A stretch of 49,128 nucleotides of DNA, taken from positions 1-49,128 of the forward strand of contig JAZUKU010000178.1 in assembly GCA_045643485.1 (NCBI GenBank), given 5' to 3'. The notes under the pieces were generated by a model. It was not told the origin of the DNA. It saw only the letters and a list, made by a program, of their open reading frames with translations, and made no database searches. Both the position numbers and the translations under genes were made by a program. Below are positions 37,529 to 46,557 of the stretch, piece after piece; within the stretch, counting starts at the first letter, position 1, and each line of letters begins with the position of its first letter. Source of the DNA: Treponema sp. (lineage in GTDB: Bacteria > Spirochaetota > Spirochaetia > Treponematales > Treponemataceae).

Positions 37529-39463
37529 TTAACGGAAACTCTTTTTGATAAAGTCAGTAAAATTTTCTTCAGGCATTGGTTCAGCAAAATAGTATCCCTG
37601 AACATAATCGCAGTTGAGTCGTTCAAACTGTTTGAGAGAAGCTTCTGTTTCAACACCGCCGATTACGGTTTCAAGATTAAGTGTTTTTGCAAGATTGAGA
37701 ATGCTTTCAAGAATAATGTTTGCCTTGCTGTAATTTGAATTGTCTGCAAAACTTTTGTCTAATTTAATTGCCCTGAAAGGAAGTTGTGAAATCTTCTGTA
37801 AGTTAGAATAGCCCTTTCCAAAATCATCAAGTGTAATTGAAACGCCTGCGTTAACAAGAGTATCCAGTGTGTTTGTAAGCTGTGACTTTGACTGAGAAAT
37901 TGCTGTTTCTGGAATTGAAATGCTTAGCTTTGACGGAGAAACATTGAATCTTGTTAAAGTAGAAATGATTGTTTCGGAAAGATGTTCCTGCATGCATTCT
38001 GCTGCCGAAAGGTTTACTTCTACGTACTCAAGGCCAATGTCGTCAAATGTCTTGCTTGCAATAAAACGGCATACTTCTGAAAAAACAAATTCACCTATTC
38101 TGTGAATCATGCCGTTCTTTTCTGCTGCAGGAAGGAACATGTCCGGATATAAAATACCGTAGTCGTTGTCCTTTAAGCGCAGAAGTGCTTCGGCACCCTT
38201 AAAGCATTTGTCTTTTACGGAATAGATAGGCTGGAAATAAAGTACGAAGTTTTCGTTTGAAATACCGCGTTCAATAATTTTGTTTATGTTGCGTTTTTTT
38301 ACGTAATAGTCAGGATGATAAAGTGATGATGCATACAGGACATTTCCAGTGTAGTAGAATGCATTGTTTAAGTCTTTGCTGAAAAGAATAAGCGAATCGA
38401 AATCAGAAATATCATGCGGACATCTTATTATGCAGACACAAGCTATAAGTGTAAGCTTTAAGTCCTGGAAAGGAAGAGGTCTTTTTAACGTATCATTTAG
38501 TTTTTCTACAGTAATATCTACTTTGTCAAAGCATTTTTCTTCTACAATCATGCGGTATTCGCCGTTGCGTATGTAGAATAATTCTGCGTTAAGAGAATAT
38601 TCATTGTTGATTTTTTCTATTATCGAAGCAATTCTTGCAGACAAGTCGCTGTTTGTTTCATAACCTGTCATTTCCCTCAGGGAATTGTAGTTTGTTATGT
38701 TAATGACAATATGTATTGTATCTTTTCCATTTATGAATGCTTTTTTTGTAATATTTGTGTAATACATGTTGTTACCGAATTTAGTTTCAGCATTCAAAAG
38801 TTCTTCCGGTTTTTGAATTGTGTATGTTACAAGAAGAATTGCCAGTGTGTGACAGAACATTTCAATCTTAATCTGCGGAAAGAAAAATTGTATTGCAGCT
38901 GCAATAATAAAAAGAGGATAGAGCGAAAGGATATAGAATAATTCTGATTTTGAAAAAAGATATCTTCGTTTGATTATATGAACAATTCCGTAAATAATGG
39001 AAATTGATGCGTTCAAATAAAGAAGAATAAAATAGGGTCCACGGACATATAATTCTGTTACAGGATCTATATAAAAAATCTTTGGAACGAAAAAGTTTAC
39101 TACAAAAAGAAAAACGTTAATAAGTATTGGAAGGAAAAGGAAAATTTTCAGGACTATATGCTGTTTAATTTTATGCCAGGTGTCTGTAAGGGAAACAAGA
39201 AAGCAGAAATACAGAATTGAAGTAAAGTTGTGAAGCAGAAGATAAAACCAGTGTGAAATATATTTTGCTAAGACATTGCTGGCACCTAAATTATCAATAT
39301 AAACAGAAGCAGTAGAAAAAATTGTCGTAACGAAAATTTCAATTGTTGTTATTATAAGGAATTTATTTGCTTTGCCTTTTATAAGACGGCGTTGAAATAT
39401 TGAAATGAGGATAATTATTTGAATTACCAGTGCACTGTAATTGAAATAATTTATTTTAGGCAT
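37529..39463 (-). CDS. Membrane-bound GGDEF-EAL protein, both domains degenerate
   Basis: About 7 N-terminal TMs; GGDEF site reads RNGEY; FQPI..AEALLR, DDFGKGYS, KLDKSF and QGYY present. Confidence 0.85.
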   Translation of the reverse strand: MPKINYFNYSALVIQIIILISIFQRRLIKGKANKFLIITTIEIFVTTIFSTASVYIDNLGASNVLAKYISHWFYLLLHNFTSILYFCFLVSLTDTWHKIKQHIVLKIFLFLPILINVFLFVVNFFVPKIFYIDPVTELYVRGPYFILLYLNASISIIYGIVHIIKRRYLFSKSELFYILSLYPLFIIAAAIQFFFPQIKIEMFCHTLAILLVTYTIQKPEELLNAETKFGNNMYYTNITKKAFINGKDTIHIVINITNYNSLREMTGYETNSDLSARIASIIEKINNEYSLNAELFYIRNGEYRMIVEEKCFDKVDITVEKLNDTLKRPLPFQDLKLTLIACVCIIRCPHDISDFDSLILFSKDLNNAFYYTGNVLYASSLYHPDYYVKKRNINKIIERGISNENFVLYFQPIYSVKDKCFKGAEALLRLKDNDYGILYPDMFLPAAEKNGMIHRIGEFVFSEVCRFIASKTFDDIGLEYVEVNLSAAECMQEHLSETIISTLTRFNVSPSKLSISIPETAISQSKSQLTNTLDTLVNAGVSITLDDFGKGYSNLQKISQLPFRAIKLDKSFADNSNYSKANIILESILNLAKTLNLETVIGGVETEASLKQFERLNCDYVQGYYFAEPMPEENFTDFIKKSFR

Positions 39464-39481
39464 TCTCTCTCCACATAAAAA

Positions 39482-40147
39482 TTATTTTCTTAACATGAAG
39501 ATGCAAAGAAGTGTAACTGCAACAGCTACGCCAATTCCTATGAAAACAAGTATTTGTTTAAGATTAAGTTTTTTTATTTTAATTTCTGCTATAAACAAAA
39601 ATCCTAAAAGTATAATGAAGAATACATATATTAAAGCAAAATCAAATGAAAGTGCAAACTGAAGGAAAACTAAGAACGGAAAAACAAAAACAGCTGCAGT
39701 AATTGGAACTCCTGAATAATACTCACGAACACCGCTTTCTGACTTCTGTCTTTCATCTTCAGTAACATTGAAGTGTGCAAGCCTTATTAATCCGCAGAGT
39801 GCATAGAAAACATTTATGATTAAGCAGATTTCCTTAATGATTGAAGGAAAATTTGCGAATGTTTCTGACTGATTGATTATTGAAATACCAAGACATGCCG
39901 GAAGAATACCAAATGCAATTACATCTGAAAGGGAATCAATCTGGATTCCGAATTTACGTTCATATTCAGTACGGTTTTTCTTAGTTCTGGCAACTTTGCC
40001 GTCGAATGCATCTAATATTCCGCAAATAAGAAGACAGCATGCAGAAACTACAGCTTTATGTGGAGTAAAAGCACAGATAATGCCGTATGTAGCAGATGCA
40101 ACTGAAAGATAAGTAAGAATAACTGTATAATCGTAAACGCCTAACAT
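39482..40147 (-). CDS. CDP-alcohol phosphatidyltransferase (PssA-like)
   Basis: DAFDGKVAR...FGIQIDSLSD signature; RLAHFN motif. Confidence 0.88.
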   Translation of the reverse strand: MLGVYDYTVILTYLSVASATYGIICAFTPHKAVVSACCLLICGILDAFDGKVARTKKNRTEYERKFGIQIDSLSDVIAFGILPACLGISIINQSETFANFPSIIKEICLIINVFYALCGLIRLAHFNVTEDERQKSESGVREYYSGVPITAAVFVFPFLVFLQFALSFDFALIYVFFIILLGFLFIAEIKIKKLNLKQILVFIGIGVAVAVTLLCIFMLRK

Positions 40148-40222
40148 TGTGATTCCTTAAATAGATTTTCTATTCATTATATCTCACAAGGTCAGGCGTT
40201 TCAACTGATATACCGTAATAGA

Positions 40223-42850
40223 TTATCTGATCTTAATACCGGCTGAAATTGACGGATAAACTGCAAACTGTGAATTACTCCATTCCCATGTACGCTTGTA
40301 GCCTTCATCAAATGCTTTGTCGTTCCAACCGTTAAACTTAATGTCAAATGTTCCTGATGCAAATAATGTAAGGTGTTTGCCAAGTCCAAGGTTAACTGTA
40401 AGCCTTGCAGCAGGAATCTGGTAATTATTTACTATATTGAAGAATGTTCCAGTTGCTTTGATAGCAGTTGAATTGAACTTAAGCAGTGAACTCCATGATA
40501 AACCTTTTCCAGTTTCGCTCTTTACGCTGTTCTTAAGTCCCTTCATGTTTTTAGAAGAGATTTTCCAGAGGAATTCAAAGTCGATGCTGTCATCGTCTCC
40601 TAAATTAAATCTTGAGCCTATGCCTACAAAAGTCATGTTCTTCTGGCTGAATGCAGGATCGTAGTTAACGCTCTTTTTTGATGTATAAGCAACGCCGATT
40701 GTAGTAAACAATGTGTTGGAACCACTCTGATACTGGATTATATGTTCCTTGTCTGTATCGAAACTGTATCCAAAATCATGTACACCGTTCTTGATGTAGT
40801 TGAAAAGACCAATTCCAAAACCGTGTCCTTCATCAGAAATGTTGATTAAACCAATCTGTACACCGTTAAGTGTTTTTGCATAGTTAACGATTGGTGAAAT
40901 CTGCATACCCCTTACATCATCTGCGCTGTTTGAAATTCCAGCCCACTGAATGCCGCGAAGTTTTTCTGCATGGTTAGCAATGCCTGAATACTGTGAACCG
41001 TAAACTGATTTTGCTCCGTTGTAGATTCCTGCACTCTGCATGCCATAAATTACGTCTGCTGTACATGAAATACCAGCTGTCTGTATACCGACAACTTTTC
41101 CACCTGAAACACAGATACCACCAGTCTGCACACCGCAGAGATTGTCAGCTTTTGCCGTAATACCGCTTGTCTGAATACCAAACAGATTGCCTGCTGTTGC
41201 TGTAATGCCTGCTGTCTGTACACCAATCAGGTTTTCCTTTGCAATAGTTGAGAATGAAGCTGTCTGTATACCAAGAATATTCTTTGTTGATGTTCCAAAA
41301 ATACCGAATGCAAACATTGTTGTGCTTTTTCTTACAGCAAGAAAATCGTAGCTTGTTGTAAATGACAACTGGAACGGAACAAAGCCTTTGTCATTAGCCA
41401 TAGCCCATGAAATATTCTTAACAGTTGTTCCAATGATTGATTTTGGAATAATCTTTTCAGAAGTATTTTCGTCGTTTCCAGGAATTTTTATTGAGAGGTT
41501 AAAAGATGATTTTTCCTTAGGTTCTCCGCCGTCTTCACTTTCTTCTGTCTTCTTTGAATATGAGAACTTAAGTATTGAGTCTTCATCAGTTTCCTCTTCT
41601 TCTTTTTCAACTGGAACTGCTATTTCTTCAGGTTCTGATGATTCAGAAGGAGGTGTGAATGAAAGGAATTCTTCATTTTCTTCAGCTACATATTCTTCTT
41701 CATAATCATCTGGTGCTTCAAGATATTCTTCTTCTACAACAGGTCCTTCTGTAACAGGTGCATTTGGTATTTTCTTACCGCCGCGCTGCTTTGTTTCCTT
41801 GCGTGTTACTTTCTGCATTCCGCTTTCTTCAATTAAGAATGTGTCGTCTACGTTAAGGATGAATGTTCCCTGCTTTGTAGATGTATCTGTAATTACAACA
41901 ACTGTATATGTTCCGGCTGAAAGAGCCATTGTTATAGGAATACCCTTTGATTTGTTGATTTCAGAAATAAGCTTGCCGCGTGCATCACGGATAATGAAAC
42001 GTCCTTCTGCTTCCTTTGCAATTACAACAGAAGCTTCTGCAGTAGAAATGTCGCTTAAAATCAAGTCTCCTGAACCAACAAGCGTAATGTTGTAGTTAGG
42101 GTGCTGTGGACCAGCGTCAGTTTCTTCTGTCTTAGAAAGAGTGTCGTTGAATGCATAAGAGTAAAGTTCAGTAAGTGAAACCTTGTTGTCTCCGGAAGTA
42201 TCAGCTGCACCGCGCAAGCCTGTAATCATTGCGTTTGTAAAGTAAGAAGATTCAATTTCATCTGATTCCTGTGAAGATTCTTTTTCTGAACTTGAAGAAA
42301 GGTATGCGTGACCTTTTACAACAGATGAATCGTCCATAAGGAACGGCTTCTTTTTCTGACCGCCTTTTGTTCTGATAAAGTTACCAGAGTAGCATGAGTC
42401 AAGAATTACAACGTGAATGTCGCTTGGAACTTCTGTGATTGCTTTTTTAAGTGAAGAATAATCGTACTTGTCGTCGCCTAAAAGAAGTTCGTCTTCTGTA
42501 GAATGTCCTGAATAGTAGAAAAGGAATTCTGAACGCTTAGCAAGATTGTTTTTCTTTTCGATTGTTGCAGAAACGCTTTCGATTGCTTCTTCTACAGTTT
42601 CTTTTGTCGGATCAATAAGAAGCCAGCTGTTCTTTTCAGGAACACCGCCAATTTCGGCCATTGTCTTCTGAAAATTCTGTGCATCGCTTCCTGCATACAG
42701 TAATTTTTCTCTTTCCTTTCCCCCGTAGTTTGATCCTATATAAATAGCGTATCTTTCAACGCCTGCTTCTGCTTTCTGATTTGCACTGTTTGCTGCAAAT
42801 GCTGCTGTACTAAGCAAAAGGATTGCTGCTGCTAAAATTATCTTCTTCAT
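40223..42850 (-). CDS. Exported caspase-family (peptidase C14) protein with G-x-Q surface repeats and a beta-rich C-terminus
   Basis: Signal peptide ending AFA; FYYSGHS (His) and ILDSCYSG (Cys); SQESD, SYFT..GLRGAAD and QHP motifs; ~15-aa GxQxxG repeats; ATG 42850 follows AGGAG. Confidence 0.88.
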   Translation of the reverse strand: MKKIILAAAILLLSTAAFAANSANQKAEAGVERYAIYIGSNYGGKEREKLLYAGSDAQNFQKTMAEIGGVPEKNSWLLIDPTKETVEEAIESVSATIEKKNNLAKRSEFLFYYSGHSTEDELLLGDDKYDYSSLKKAITEVPSDIHVVILDSCYSGNFIRTKGGQKKKPFLMDDSSVVKGHAYLSSSSEKESSQESDEIESSYFTNAMITGLRGAADTSGDNKVSLTELYSYAFNDTLSKTEETDAGPQHPNYNITLVGSGDLILSDISTAEASVVIAKEAEGRFIIRDARGKLISEINKSKGIPITMALSAGTYTVVVITDTSTKQGTFILNVDDTFLIEESGMQKVTRKETKQRGGKKIPNAPVTEGPVVEEEYLEAPDDYEEEYVAEENEEFLSFTPPSESSEPEEIAVPVEKEEEETDEDSILKFSYSKKTEESEDGGEPKEKSSFNLSIKIPGNDENTSEKIIPKSIIGTTVKNISWAMANDKGFVPFQLSFTTSYDFLAVRKSTTMFAFGIFGTSTKNILGIQTASFSTIAKENLIGVQTAGITATAGNLFGIQTSGITAKADNLCGVQTGGICVSGGKVVGIQTAGISCTADVIYGMQSAGIYNGAKSVYGSQYSGIANHAEKLRGIQWAGISNSADDVRGMQISPIVNYAKTLNGVQIGLINISDEGHGFGIGLFNYIKNGVHDFGYSFDTDKEHIIQYQSGSNTLFTTIGVAYTSKKSVNYDPAFSQKNMTFVGIGSRFNLGDDDSIDFEFLWKISSKNMKGLKNSVKSETGKGLSWSSLLKFNSTAIKATGTFFNIVNNYQIPAARLTVNLGLGKHLTLFASGTFDIKFNGWNDKAFDEGYKRTWEWSNSQFAVYPSISAGIKIR

Positions 42851-42879
42851 TTTTCTAGTTCTCCTCTTTTTCAATCCAG

Positions 42880-43698
42880 TTATTTAACCAGCAGGAATGA
42901 TTTGCCTTCTGTGTTTCTTGGAAGGTATGACATTTTTTCTATATACGAAAGGCTTGTTCTGTCCATTAATTTTTCTTCAATGTTCTCAAGATTGAACGGC
43001 TTGTTTGATGTTACCAGAATGAAGCATTCAAAATCCGGAGCATCATCAAGTTCGTAAGAAAAGTCTAAAGGAACTTCTGTTGACTCTTTTGATAATTCTA
43101 CACTGTCCCAGCCTTCTTCAGGGAAATGCTGTGTTACGTTACCGTTTCCGTCTACGCTGAAAATAAAGCCGTATTTTTTCTGGCCGGCGTTGTATGTAAT
43201 CTGGATAACGTCTCCTTCTTCTGCTTTAGAACCGTCCTTAAGCTTTTCTGCCTGCTTACCGTCCTGTCTGTAAAGTGTAAGTGCTGGAACATTTGATTTA
43301 GCTGCTCCCTTAAGGCGAACACCTGTTGTCTGTGGCTGTACTGCAGCTGTGTTTTCTGCTGCAAGTGATTTCTTTTCTGTAAGTGTTAACGGAAGAACAA
43401 CTGCTGCTGCAAGAACTGCGGCTGCGGCTAATGTTATTCTTGTTAATTTAGTAAACGGAATTACCTTTGGCTTTGTGTTTTTATCTGCGGCTTGTTTTTC
43501 GTTTTTGTTGCTGTTCATTTTGTTAAGAACTGCAGTCTTCATGTCCTCAATTGAGTACTGTTCAAGAATTTCAGCATCGGATTTTCTTAAAGATTCAACT
43601 ACTTCTTCTACGTTTTCTTTGCCGTAGAGTTCGTAGTAATCCTCCGCCTGTAACTCGTTGTTTTTGATTGCTTCAGCAATTCTTGTTGGAATCTGCAT
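42880..43698 (-). CDS. Putative anti-sigma factor (1 TM plus DUF4384-like C-terminal domain)
   Basis: Short helical N-terminus, TM TLAAAAVLAAAVVLPL, then GDVIQITY...YGFIFSVDGNGNVTQHFP...SYELDDAP..E.FILV; overlaps the sigma gene by 26 bp. Confidence 0.7.
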   Translation of the reverse strand: MQIPTRIAEAIKNNELQAEDYYELYGKENVEEVVESLRKSDAEILEQYSIEDMKTAVLNKMNSNKNEKQAADKNTKPKVIPFTKLTRITLAAAAVLAAAVVLPLTLTEKKSLAAENTAAVQPQTTGVRLKGAAKSNVPALTLYRQDGKQAEKLKDGSKAEEGDVIQITYNAGQKKYGFIFSVDGNGNVTQHFPEEGWDSVELSKESTEVPLDFSYELDDAPDFECFILVTSNKPFNLENIEEKLMDRTSLSYIEKMSYLPRNTEGKSFLLVK

Positions 43699-44182
43699 AC
43701 TTTTCTCCTGCTTCTTTCTTTAGTTTTCCAAGTCGCTTTCTTATGCCAGAAACAGACATGTTTACCATTTGTGCTGTTTCTTCCAGTGTGTAACCGTCAA
43801 CATAATGCAGTGTTGCAATTTCACGGTCTTTTGAGTCTCTTTCCGAAAAAATACATTCCAGCAAAAGACTTGTACTGATGTTTTCTTCCTGCATAGAAGA
43901 AGCTGTATCTTCTATGGTTTCTGCAATTAAATCGAACTGCGGACCGGAGCGGATCTTGTCGGAACGGATTTTGTTCAGGCAGACCCTTGTAGCTGTTGTG
44001 TAGAACAAACTTGAACACACATCAGTCAGCTTGTCTTTATGCTCGATTATCCTTAGGAAAACATCCTGCATTGCATCAACCGCTTTTTCTTCATCCTTAA
44101 GAATGAATCGGCAGCGTCGCAATACCATTGGACCATACTGACGGTACAATTCATCAAAATCATTCATTGACAAAGTTTTCAT
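43673..44182 (-). CDS. ECF RNA polymerase sigma factor
   Basis: 169 aa; region 2 FDELYRQY..V.R.C...A.DAMQDVF; region 4 LHYVDGYTLEETA...SVSGIRKRL. Confidence 0.92.
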   Translation of the reverse strand: MKTLSMNDFDELYRQYGPMVLRRCRFILKDEEKAVDAMQDVFLRIIEHKDKLTDVCSSLFYTTATRVCLNKIRSDKIRSGPQFDLIAETIEDTASSMQEENISTSLLLECIFSERDSKDREIATLHYVDGYTLEETAQMVNMSVSGIRKRLGKLKKEAGEKYADSNKNC

Positions 44183-44210
44183 TGTACAATTATTTTCCTG
44201 TCATTAAATT

Positions 44211-44238
44211 AAACACACTGACGGTAAGAAAATGTTCC
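44211..44238 (-). promoter_or_regulatory. Possible ECF-type autoregulatory promoter
   Basis: Minus strand GGAAC-N17-GTGTTT, about 30 nt upstream of the sigma ATG. Confidence 0.45.
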
Positions 44239-44385
44239 TTTAAAAAATAAATTAAAGAAATTCCAACTAACAAATACTTTTTTTTATGGAATAAGTATAT
44301 AGAATAATTAATGAGAATAAAACACTATACTGTGTTATAGCAATAGTGTTCTGTCTGTGGATATTGCGAAAGTTAGGAAGCTGAA

Positions 44386-45033
44386 TTAAAGGTCGACTGC
44401 TTCCTTTTCAGGTTCTGACGAAGCTTCGTTTGTCCTGCGGTACTGGTGAACTTTTTTTACAACAACAAAAGCCATTGTGGCTATGAGCATTACAAAAAGC
44501 ACAATTCCGGTAACCTTAAACCATACGCTTGCAGATTCTCCTATGGCAAATACAAGGAAATACAGCGTTGAAGAGCTTATGAGTACTGCAATTGAGTCAA
44601 ACAGTATGAATTTCTTTATTCCAAGGTGAACAAAGCCTGAACTTGTAAACAGTAAGTTTCTTACGCCAAATGGTATGAAACGGCAAATGATGAATGTCCT
44701 GAAACCGTTTTTGTTAAGTTCGTACTTGATTATTGAAAGGCGTTCCTTTGTTAATTTACCGCGTATTTTGCGGAATTTGAGCGCACCTTTAGAAGTAACC
44801 CTGCCAAAGTAGTAACAGATTATGTCGCTTAGGAAAATGCCTGCAAAAAGACCTGCGTATGTTGGCAGAAGAATCTTGTGATCAGCCTGAGCAACAGCAG
44901 CTGAAAGTATTATAACTGCGTCTTCGGAAATTGGCAGATTGAATCCGGCTGGAATGAGTACAAGAAAAGCAACTAACGGCCAGTATGAAATGTGTGAAGT
45001 AAGATTTGCAAGCAAAAAATCCATGCGGGGCAT
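44386..45033 (-). CDS. DedA family membrane protein
   Basis: LPISED, SD..CYYFGR and RFIPFGVR motifs. Confidence 0.88.
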   Translation of the reverse strand: MPRMDFLLANLTSHISYWPLVAFLVLIPAGFNLPISEDAVIILSAAVAQADHKILLPTYAGLFAGIFLSDIICYYFGRVTSKGALKFRKIRGKLTKERLSIIKYELNKNGFRTFIICRFIPFGVRNLLFTSSGFVHLGIKKFILFDSIAVLISSSTLYFLVFAIGESASVWFKVTGIVLFVMLIATMAFVVVKKVHQYRRTNEASSEPEKEAVDL

Positions 45034-45125
45034 TCTATAGAATAATTAAATTAATGACAATAAGTAATGTTATTGAATTTTAACGAAAAAATGATAAAAT
45101 AGATAAATCTGGGGGTGACCAATAA

Positions 45126-45584
45126 ATGGACGTTAAGATTATCAATCCTTTTTTATCAGCAGGGCTTTATACATTTGAGCAGATGTTTGGAATTAAGCCT
45201 GATTACAAGGAACCGTTTGTTCTTGAAATAAATTCAGGTCATCCATGGGAAGTTTCCGGACTTCTTGGCGTTACGGGCGACTATAACGGTGTAATTGCAT
45301 TCCGGCTTCATAAAACTCTTGCATATAAGCTGCTTGATTTGTCAGGACTTATTGTTCCACCGGAAGAAAAAAATGATATGGCACAGCAGCTTGTAAGTGA
45401 ATTTACGAATATTGTTGCAGGAAGCGCTGTTTCTGCAATTAAAGATATGAATCTCTGCATTTCGCCGCCTGTTACCATTGCCGGTCCTAACCATACAATA
45501 CAGTGGCCTCGCAGCTACCCTGTTGTAGGCATTCCGTTTGTTACGCCTTATGGACCTTACGAAGTAGACGTTTGCTTTAAATAA
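45126..45584 (+). CDS. cheX: Chemotaxis phosphatase CheX
   Basis: INPFL, SGLLGVTGD..G, SEFTNIVAG and ISPP motifs. Confidence 0.85.
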   Translation: MDVKIINPFLSAGLYTFEQMFGIKPDYKEPFVLEINSGHPWEVSGLLGVTGDYNGVIAFRLHKTLAYKLLDLSGLIVPPEEKNDMAQQLVSEFTNIVAGSAVSAIKDMNLCISPPVTIAGPNHTIQWPRSYPVVGIPFVTPYGPYEVDVCFK

Positions 45585-45612
45585 TTACGCTTGTCTGCAG
45601 AAGATTTGCTTT

Positions 45613-45707
45613 TTTGCGGACAGTGCGCGGTTTGCAAAGAGTTTATTGCTTTGCGGACAGTGCGCAGTTGGCTAAGAAAATACTGCTTTGCAGACAGTGC
45701 GCGGTTT
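45613..45707. repeat. Three direct repeats with 37-bp period
   Basis: TTTGC(G/A)GACAGTGCGC(G/A)GTT at 45613, 45650 and 45687. Confidence 0.85.
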
Positions 45708-45723
45708 TGAGTTAGAAATATAT

Positions 45724-46557
45724 ATGAAGAAAAGTGTTTTTTGGGAAGGTGTTCGTGACGGACTGCCAATTGGCTTAGGATATTTTGCCGTTGCGTTTTC
45801 ACTTGGAATTGTTGCCCAGGCTGCAGGGCTTACTGCAGTTGAGGGATTCATTGCCAGTTTTTTTAATGTCGCTTCTGCCGGTGAATATGCTTTGTTTACT
45901 TCAATTCAGGCTGGTGTTTCTTACGCTGAAGTTGCTTTGATTACGCTTGTTGTTAACGCACGCTATCTTTTGATGAGCTGTGCACTTTCGCAGAAGTTTT
46001 CTCCTGATACAAAAATGATTCACCGCTTTGGAGTTGGATTTGGCGTTACTGATGAAATATTCGGTATTACGATTGGACGCGGCGGTTATATAAATCCTGT
46101 TTACAATTACGGGGCTATAGCGATTGCGGTTCCTTTGTGGAGTCTTGGGACTGCATTTGGTATTCTTGCTGGAAATTTACTGCCTCTGCGGATTGTAAGT
46201 GCGCTTTCTGTTGCGCTTTACGGAATGTTCCTTGCGATTATAATTCCTCCTGCAAAGAAGGATATTGTTATTGCAATTGCTGTCGGATGCAGTTTTTTGC
46301 TTAGCTGGGCGTGCGGCGTGCTTCCTTATGTGAAGGAGCTTTCCGGCGGCAACAGGACGATTATTCTTACGGTGCTGATTTCTTCCGTTGTGGCAATTGT
46401 TAAGCCCGTTAAGGATGATGATGACGGTTTGCAGAAAGGCGAGGCTGCTTTGCAGACTGAAGCTGCGGGCGCTGAAGATGCTGCCAGTCTGGTAACTGAA
46501 GCTGCGGGCGGTAAAGAAAGTTCTGATTTGCAGACTGAAGAAGGGGGCGCAGAATGA
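45724..46557 (+). CDS. azlC: AzlC family branched-chain amino acid exporter subunit
   Basis: GLPIGLGYF, NARY.LMS, TDEIFG and AL..MFLAI motifs; ATG 45724 preferred as start. Confidence 0.85.
   Translation: MKKSVFWEGVRDGLPIGLGYFAVAFSLGIVAQAAGLTAVEGFIASFFNVASAGEYALFTSIQAGVSYAEVALITLVVNARYLLMSCALSQKFSPDTKMIHRFGVGFGVTDEIFGITIGRGGYINPVYNYGAIAIAVPLWSLGTAFGILAGNLLPLRIVSALSVALYGMFLAIIIPPAKKDIVIAIAVGCSFLLSWACGVLPYVKELSGGNRTIILTVLISSVVAIVKPVKDDDDGLQKGEAALQTEAAGAEDAASLVTEAAGGKESSDLQTEEGGAE

Noticed and set aside
45613-45707. Possible mini-CRISPR array
   Set aside because: Spacers are only 16 bp and resemble each other, and no cas genes are present in the window; better explained as a tandem repeat.
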